64,000 bases of DNA from Verrucomicrobiia bacterium (GTDB taxonomy: Bacteria; Omnitrophota; Omnitrophia; Omnitrophales; Aquincolibacteriaceae): contig DATJFP010000036.1 of NCBI GenBank assembly GCA_035495615.1, positions 6,795-70,794 of the forward strand, given 5' to 3'. Each line of letters starts with the position of its first letter. The stretch's first letter is position 1. Below, piece after piece: positions 59,718 through 64,000 of the stretch. The notes beneath the pieces are model-generated. The model did not search any database and was not told where the DNA came from. It saw only the letters and a list, made by a program, of their open reading frames with translations. A program made the translations under genes and the position numbers.

Positions 59718-62700
59718 GCCGTCTGAAATCAAGCTGACGCCCGCGCAGGAAGCCGCGGCCACGACGCTCGGGACGAACATCCTTGTGGCCGCGGGCGCGG
59801 GCACCGGAAAAACGCGCGTGCTCGTGGAGCGCTTCCTTCATTATGTGCTCTCCGGCCAGGCGCGCGTCACGGAGATTCTGGCGCTGACTTTCACGGACAA
59901 AGCGGCCAATGAAATGAAGTCCCGCATCCTGAAAAGGCTGGAAGATATGGGCCTCGAGTCCGAGCGCCGGGAACTGGAGTCCGCGTACATTTCAACTTTT
60001 CACACGTTTGCCGCGCGCGTGCTGCGCGAACATCCTTTGGAAGCGGGCGTGGACCCGGATTTCCGCGTCACGGAAGAAGAGGAGGCCGCGTTTCTCCGCG
60101 AGCAGGCGCTCGAAGAGCTGCTGGAGGCAGGCTGCGAAAAAGGCACCGGCCTTTTCGAGCTGGTGCGCGTCTACGGCGAAGACACGGTCCGTGAAGCCGC
60201 GGTGAGGATGGTGAGCGCGGCGCATCATGAAGGCCGCGGCCTGGAAGAATTTTTGCGCCTGGCAAAGCCTTTGCCCGCGAAGGCTCCGTCGCCGGCGGAA
60301 AATTTCAAGCGGCTCGGCGAGGATACTTTGGCCGCGGAGTTCGGCCGCTTCGAGGCCTCGGAATGGGATTGGGCCACGGTCGAGCGTTTCAAGGAGTGGC
60401 AGAAGACTTTTTCGCGCAAGCGCGACAAGAAGGACTCGACCGACTGGCAGGATGCAAAAAGGGCGGCCGGCGATTTCCTCGCGCTGCGCCTGGATACGTT
60501 CGCGCGGCCATGGAAAGAAAGCCTGGAGGCTTTTGCCCTGGCTTTCGAAGAGGCTTACGAAAAAGCGAAAAAGGAAAAAGGGCTGCTGGATTTCGACGAT
60601 CTCGGCATGAAGACGGCACGTCTTTTCAAGAAGCCGGGCCGGGCGCACGCCAAGCTGCTGGAAGACTACCGCAAAAAATTCCGCGCGATCCTGGTGGACG
60701 AATTCCAGGACACGGATTACCTGCAGCTCGAGCTGATCGAGCTGCTCGCGGGCAAGGACAACCTGTTCCTTGTCGGCGACTACAAACAGTCCGTCTACGG
60801 CTTCCGAGGCGCAGAGCCGCATCTTTTCCTGGAAAAGGCCAAGGCCTTTGAGAATGGGGCAGGGGTGTGCATCCCGCTGCTGGAAAATTTCCGCACCGCG
60901 GGCCCGGTGCTCGATTACCTGAATCATTTTTTCAGCCGTCTATGGGCCGAAGGCGGCGGCGTGACGTTCGACCCGTTGATTTGCAAGGCCGCCTCCAAGC
61001 CCGCCGCGGGCACCGAGATCCTTCTCGTGAAGCCCGGGGAAACCGAAGAGCCCGCCGATGTCCTGCGCATGAGAGAGGCGGACCGCATCGCGGACAAAAT
61101 TCTCGACTTCCATGAGCAGGGCGTTCCGTTCAAGGACATGGCCGTGCTTTCCCAGGCCATGACCAAAAGCGGGATTTACGAGCAGGCCTTGAAGTCGCGC
61201 GGTATTCCGTATTACGTGCTCTCGGGCGGCGGCTTTTACCATCAGCCGGAGATCCGCGACATGATGAGCTTTCTGGCTTTCCTGGAAAATCCGCTTTCGG
61301 ACATTCCGCTCGCCGCTGTTTTGCGATCTCCGATGTTCCAGGTTTCGGACAACGCGCTTTTTTGGCTGTCGCATCATGCCAAGGCCGCGGATGCTGCGCT
61401 GCCGCTCTATCAAGGCGTCACGCGCTTCCGTGAGATCCCGGAAATTTCCGAAGAGGAGAAAAGCAAAATTGCGTTTTTCCAAAGCCTGGCCGCGGAGCTT
61501 CTGGCATTGAAAGACCGGCTCACGCTCACCGAGCTTCTGGACGCCATTTTGTCGCGCACCTCCTACGAGTTGACGGTGCTGTCCGATCCGCACGGCGCGC
61601 GGCGCTACGCCAACCTCAAAAAAATGATCAACCTGGCGCGTGAATTCGAAACCGTGGAGCCCTTGTCGCCGGGCGCGTTCCTGCGCCTCTTGAAACGGCT
61701 GCAGGGCCAGGAGGCGCGCGAATCGGAAGCGCAGATTGAATCCGAAGACACGGGCGAAGGCGTGCGTCTCATGACCGTGCACAAGGCCAAGGGCCTGGAA
61801 TTTCCCGTGGTCTTCGCGGCGGACCTGGGCCGCGAAAAAAGATCGCCGGAATCCAACCGCATCCTTGTGCTGTCACGCGCGGCGTACAGCCTGCAGGTGC
61901 GCAACGAGAAGACGCTGGACTTCGAGAAGCCCTGGTCCTGGCGTGAAATGTATGACGCGCGCAAGCGGCGAGAAAAAGAAGAATCGAAGCGGCTTTTTTA
62001 TGTGGCGGCCACGCGGGCGAAACAAAAGCTGGTGCTGAGCGGCGCTTACAAACCGCCCAAGGAAGGCGACGAGGACAAGAGTTTCGACGAGATGGCGACC
62101 TGGATGGCGTGGGTCATGGCGTGCCCCTGGGAAGAGGCGCGCGTCCTGGAAGAGGACGGCACGCGGCGCGGCACGGTCCGGGCCATCGCGGAAAAAAGGG
62201 ACCTCACGCAGCTTTTTCCGGAATTCGAACCTGTGGATCCGGCGGCGCTTGTTCCCGCGGCGCAGCTGACAAAGATCAAGACAGAAGCATCGGAGATTCT
62301 GGCGCGGCTCGCGCCCGCGGACATTCCTCCTCCGCGCGCGCTGAATCTGCCGGTGTCGGCTTATGCCGCGTATCAGAAAGCGCCGCTGCATTACTGGCGC
62401 ATGTACGAAATCGGGACGCGCGACGAAGCTCCCGAAGAGAAAATGGATGTGATTGAGCCCGAAGACGAACCGGTGAATGCCGCAGATTTCGGAACGGCCA
62501 TGCACGCGGTCCTGGAGCGTGTGGATTTCAGGAATCCGGAAACCGCGTCTTTGCAAAGGAGCCTGGATTTTTATTTTTCCGGCGCCGGCCAGAAAGAAAA
62601 AGACGAAGCACGTGCCATTCTCGGACGCTTCCTGAAAAGCCCGCTGGCCGCGCGCCTCCGGCAGGCGAAAAACATCCACCGCGAATTGCCGTTCATTTTG

Positions 62701-63066
62701 AACGAGCGCCACGGCATGATCCACGGCGTGATCGATCTGCTTTTCCAGGACGCGCGGGGCGACTGGCATGTGCTGGATTACAAGACCGCGGTTGGAGACG
62801 AGGAAAAAGTGCAGGCCTCGGGTTACCTGATCCAGATCCAGCTTTATGCCCACGCGGTGAGGCGCATCCTCGGGGTTTATCCCGCCTCAGGCACGCTCTA
62901 CTTCCTGAAAAATAATTGGGAATACCGGCTGGACTGGAAACCCGGAGACCTCGACGACGCGGGCGAACTCATCCGCCGCATGCAGGACGAGATCGTGGAA
63001 TTCAGCGGCAAAGGGCCGGAAACCAGGGTAAAACCCGCCAAATTTTCGGGTGACAGCCCTGTCTAA
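59680..63066 (+). CDS. addA: AddA-like ATP-dependent helicase/nuclease (UvrD/Rep helicase + C-terminal PD-(D/E)XK nuclease)
   Basis: Helicase motif I AGAGTGKT, LTFT, DEFQDT, VGDYKQSVYGFRGA, C-terminal nuclease GVIDLLFQD...LDYKT; overlaps addB by 38 nt (start uncertain). Confidence 0.8.
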   Translation: MPKAKDPKPKTAKPSEIKLTPAQEAAATTLGTNILVAAGAGTGKTRVLVERFLHYVLSGQARVTEILALTFTDKAANEMKSRILKRLEDMGLESERRELESAYISTFHTFAARVLREHPLEAGVDPDFRVTEEEEAAFLREQALEELLEAGCEKGTGLFELVRVYGEDTVREAAVRMVSAAHHEGRGLEEFLRLAKPLPAKAPSPAENFKRLGEDTLAAEFGRFEASEWDWATVERFKEWQKTFSRKRDKKDSTDWQDAKRAAGDFLALRLDTFARPWKESLEAFALAFEEAYEKAKKEKGLLDFDDLGMKTARLFKKPGRAHAKLLEDYRKKFRAILVDEFQDTDYLQLELIELLAGKDNLFLVGDYKQSVYGFRGAEPHLFLEKAKAFENGAGVCIPLLENFRTAGPVLDYLNHFFSRLWAEGGGVTFDPLICKAASKPAAGTEILLVKPGETEEPADVLRMREADRIADKILDFHEQGVPFKDMAVLSQAMTKSGIYEQALKSRGIPYYVLSGGGFYHQPEIRDMMSFLAFLENPLSDIPLAAVLRSPMFQVSDNALFWLSHHAKAADAALPLYQGVTRFREIPEISEEEKSKIAFFQSLAAELLALKDRLTLTELLDAILSRTSYELTVLSDPHGARRYANLKKMINLAREFETVEPLSPGAFLRLLKRLQGQEARESEAQIESEDTGEGVRLMTVHKAKGLEFPVVFAADLGREKRSPESNRILVLSRAAYSLQVRNEKTLDFEKPWSWREMYDARKRREKEESKRLFYVAATRAKQKLVLSGAYKPPKEGDEDKSFDEMATWMAWVMACPWEEARVLEEDGTRRGTVRAIAEKRDLTQLFPEFEPVDPAALVPAAQLTKIKTEASEILARLAPADIPPPRALNLPVSAYAAYQKAPLHYWRMYEIGTRDEAPEEKMDVIEPEDEPVNAADFGTAMHAVLERVDFRNPETASLQRSLDFYFSGAGQKEKDEARAILGRFLKSPLAARLRQAKNIHRELPFILNERHGMIHGVIDLLFQDARGDWHVLDYKTAVGDEEKVQASGYLIQIQLYAHAVRRILGVYPASGTLYFLKNNWEYRLDWKPGDLDDAGELIRRMQDEIVEFSGKGPETRVKPAKFSGDSPV

Positions 63067-63076
63067 TTATGATAAA

Positions 63077-63090
63077 AAATGCTAGCATTT
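63077..63090. promoter_or_regulatory. Perfect 14-bp palindrome AAATGCTAGCATTT upstream of a CheY-like gene (candidate operator)
   Basis: Seen directly; AT-rich 60-bp spacer, 36 nt upstream of the ATG at 63126. Confidence 0.3.
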
Positions 63091-63125
63091 AATTGGATCG
63101 CCTTTTTGTTCTTAATTGAGGGAAT

Positions 63126-63488
63126 ATGAAAAGCAAAAAAATCCTCGTGGTAGATGATGAAGACGACGTGCGGCTCTTTCTCCAGGACTTCCTGAGTGAG
63201 CGGGACCTGGAAGTGGCTGCCGCCGGCAGCGGGGAAGAGGCCATCGAGCAGATCGAACGGAGCAAGCCGGACATCGTGCTTCTGGACCTCATGATGCCGG
63301 GCATGGACGGGCTTCAGTGCCTGGAGCAGATCAAGAAAAAGCACGCGGACATCAACATCATCATGATCACCGCGCTCAACGACGAAGCCCGGGTGGCCAA
63401 AGCCAAAAAGCTCGGCGCCCACAACTACATCCTCAAGCCTTTCAGCCTGGGTTATCTCGAAACCGAATTGATGAAATTGATCGGCTGA
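63126..63488 (+). CDS. Single-domain response regulator receiver (CheY-like)
   Basis: ILVVDDEDDVRLFL...IVLLDLMMPGMDGLQC...IIMITAL...ILKPF. Confidence 0.85.
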   Translation: MKSKKILVVDDEDDVRLFLQDFLSERDLEVAAAGSGEEAIEQIERSKPDIVLLDLMMPGMDGLQCLEQIKKKHADINIIMITALNDEARVAKAKKLGAHNYILKPFSLGYLETELMKLIG

Positions 63489-63511
63489 TCCCCGGCCTTT
63501 CCGCCCGCCGA

Positions 63512-64000
63512 ATGACTCCTGTGAAACAACTCATTGCCTACGATCTCGACGGGACGCTTGTGGACACGCGTAAAGACATCGTCCTCAGCGTCAATCACAT
63601 GCTGGAATCCATGGGCGCGCCGTCCATGGCCGACCGGGACGTCGAGCGCTGCGTGGGCTTCGGGCTGCGCGAGCTGGTGCGCCGCACCTTGAAGACCGAC
63701 GATTCCAAGGCCCTCGAAAGAGGCGCGAAAATTTTTCGCGCCCATTACGAGGAACACATGATGGACCACACGCGCCTGTATCCGGGCGCGAAAGACGTCC
63801 TCGAATTTTTCAAAGGCCGCAGGCAGGCTGTCCTCACGAACAAGCCCAATCCTTTTTCCGAAAACATGCTGGCGCAGCTTGGGACCGCGTCTTATTTTTG
63901 CGCGGTTCTGACAGGCGATCCGGGAAAGCCCAAGAAGCCCGATCCCACGGCCTTTCTGGAACTGCTCGACAGGGAAAGGGTTCCGCCGTCCGCGGCGCTT
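63512..64000 (+). CDS. HAD-superfamily phosphatase (phosphoglycolate phosphatase-like), 3' partial
   Basis: Motif I IAYDLDGTLVDT, motif II VLTNKP; open to the window end, so absent from the ORF track. Confidence 0.7.
   Translation, partial: MTPVKQLIAYDLDGTLVDTRKDIVLSVNHMLESMGAPSMADRDVERCVGFGLRELVRRTLKTDDSKALERGAKIFRAHYEEHMMDHTRLYPGAKDVLEFFKGRRQAVLTNKPNPFSENMLAQLGTASYFCAVLTGDPGKPKKPDPTAFLELLDRERVPPSAAL

Overview
This is a high-GC (~60-65%) bacterial chromosomal segment, almost entirely coding, with most genes collinear on the + strand. The many long minus-strand ORFs in the track are GC-driven antisense artefacts. The assignments are consistent with these contents:

- **Housekeeping core:** an RsmB/F-type rRNA m5C methyltransferase, a NUDIX hydrolase, phoB-phoR-phoU, thiC, nadA, ispG, a futalosine/CofH-type radical-SAM enzyme, a ThiF/MoeB E1-like protein, greA, nth, trxA, a LacD-family aldolase, an aldo-keto reductase, a MoeZ-like adenylyltransferase-rhodanese, a class-V aminotransferase, gdhA, era, panE, a DDAH-like amidinotransferase, a ThiI-like PP-loop ATPase, ispH, glutaredoxin, gltBD, an MFS transporter, an SDR plus QueD/PTPS pair, and addB-addA.
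- **Signal-transduction islands:**
  - A histidine kinase and a CheY-like receiver sit tightly upstream of archease-rtcB.
  - A ~7 kb cluster holds an excisionase-type HTH protein, a hybrid kinase with a degenerate GGDEF and a C-terminal PilZ domain, two CheY-like receivers, a REC-PAS regulator and a second kinase with a degenerate GGDEF.
  - Four single-domain receivers occur in total, and a FIST-domain sensor lies at the window start.
- **Pilin cluster:** two pseudopilins and two tandem PilX-like paralogues, with no assembly machinery nearby.
- **Repeat family:** a ~55-bp palindromic intergenic (REP-like) repeat is seen at five loci, plus fragments.

No rRNA, tRNA, CRISPR array, integrase or transposase was recognised. 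The most interesting candidates are the c-di-GMP-linked phosphorelay cluster and the two-component-archease-RtcB unit; both are hypotheses based on domain motifs read by eye.
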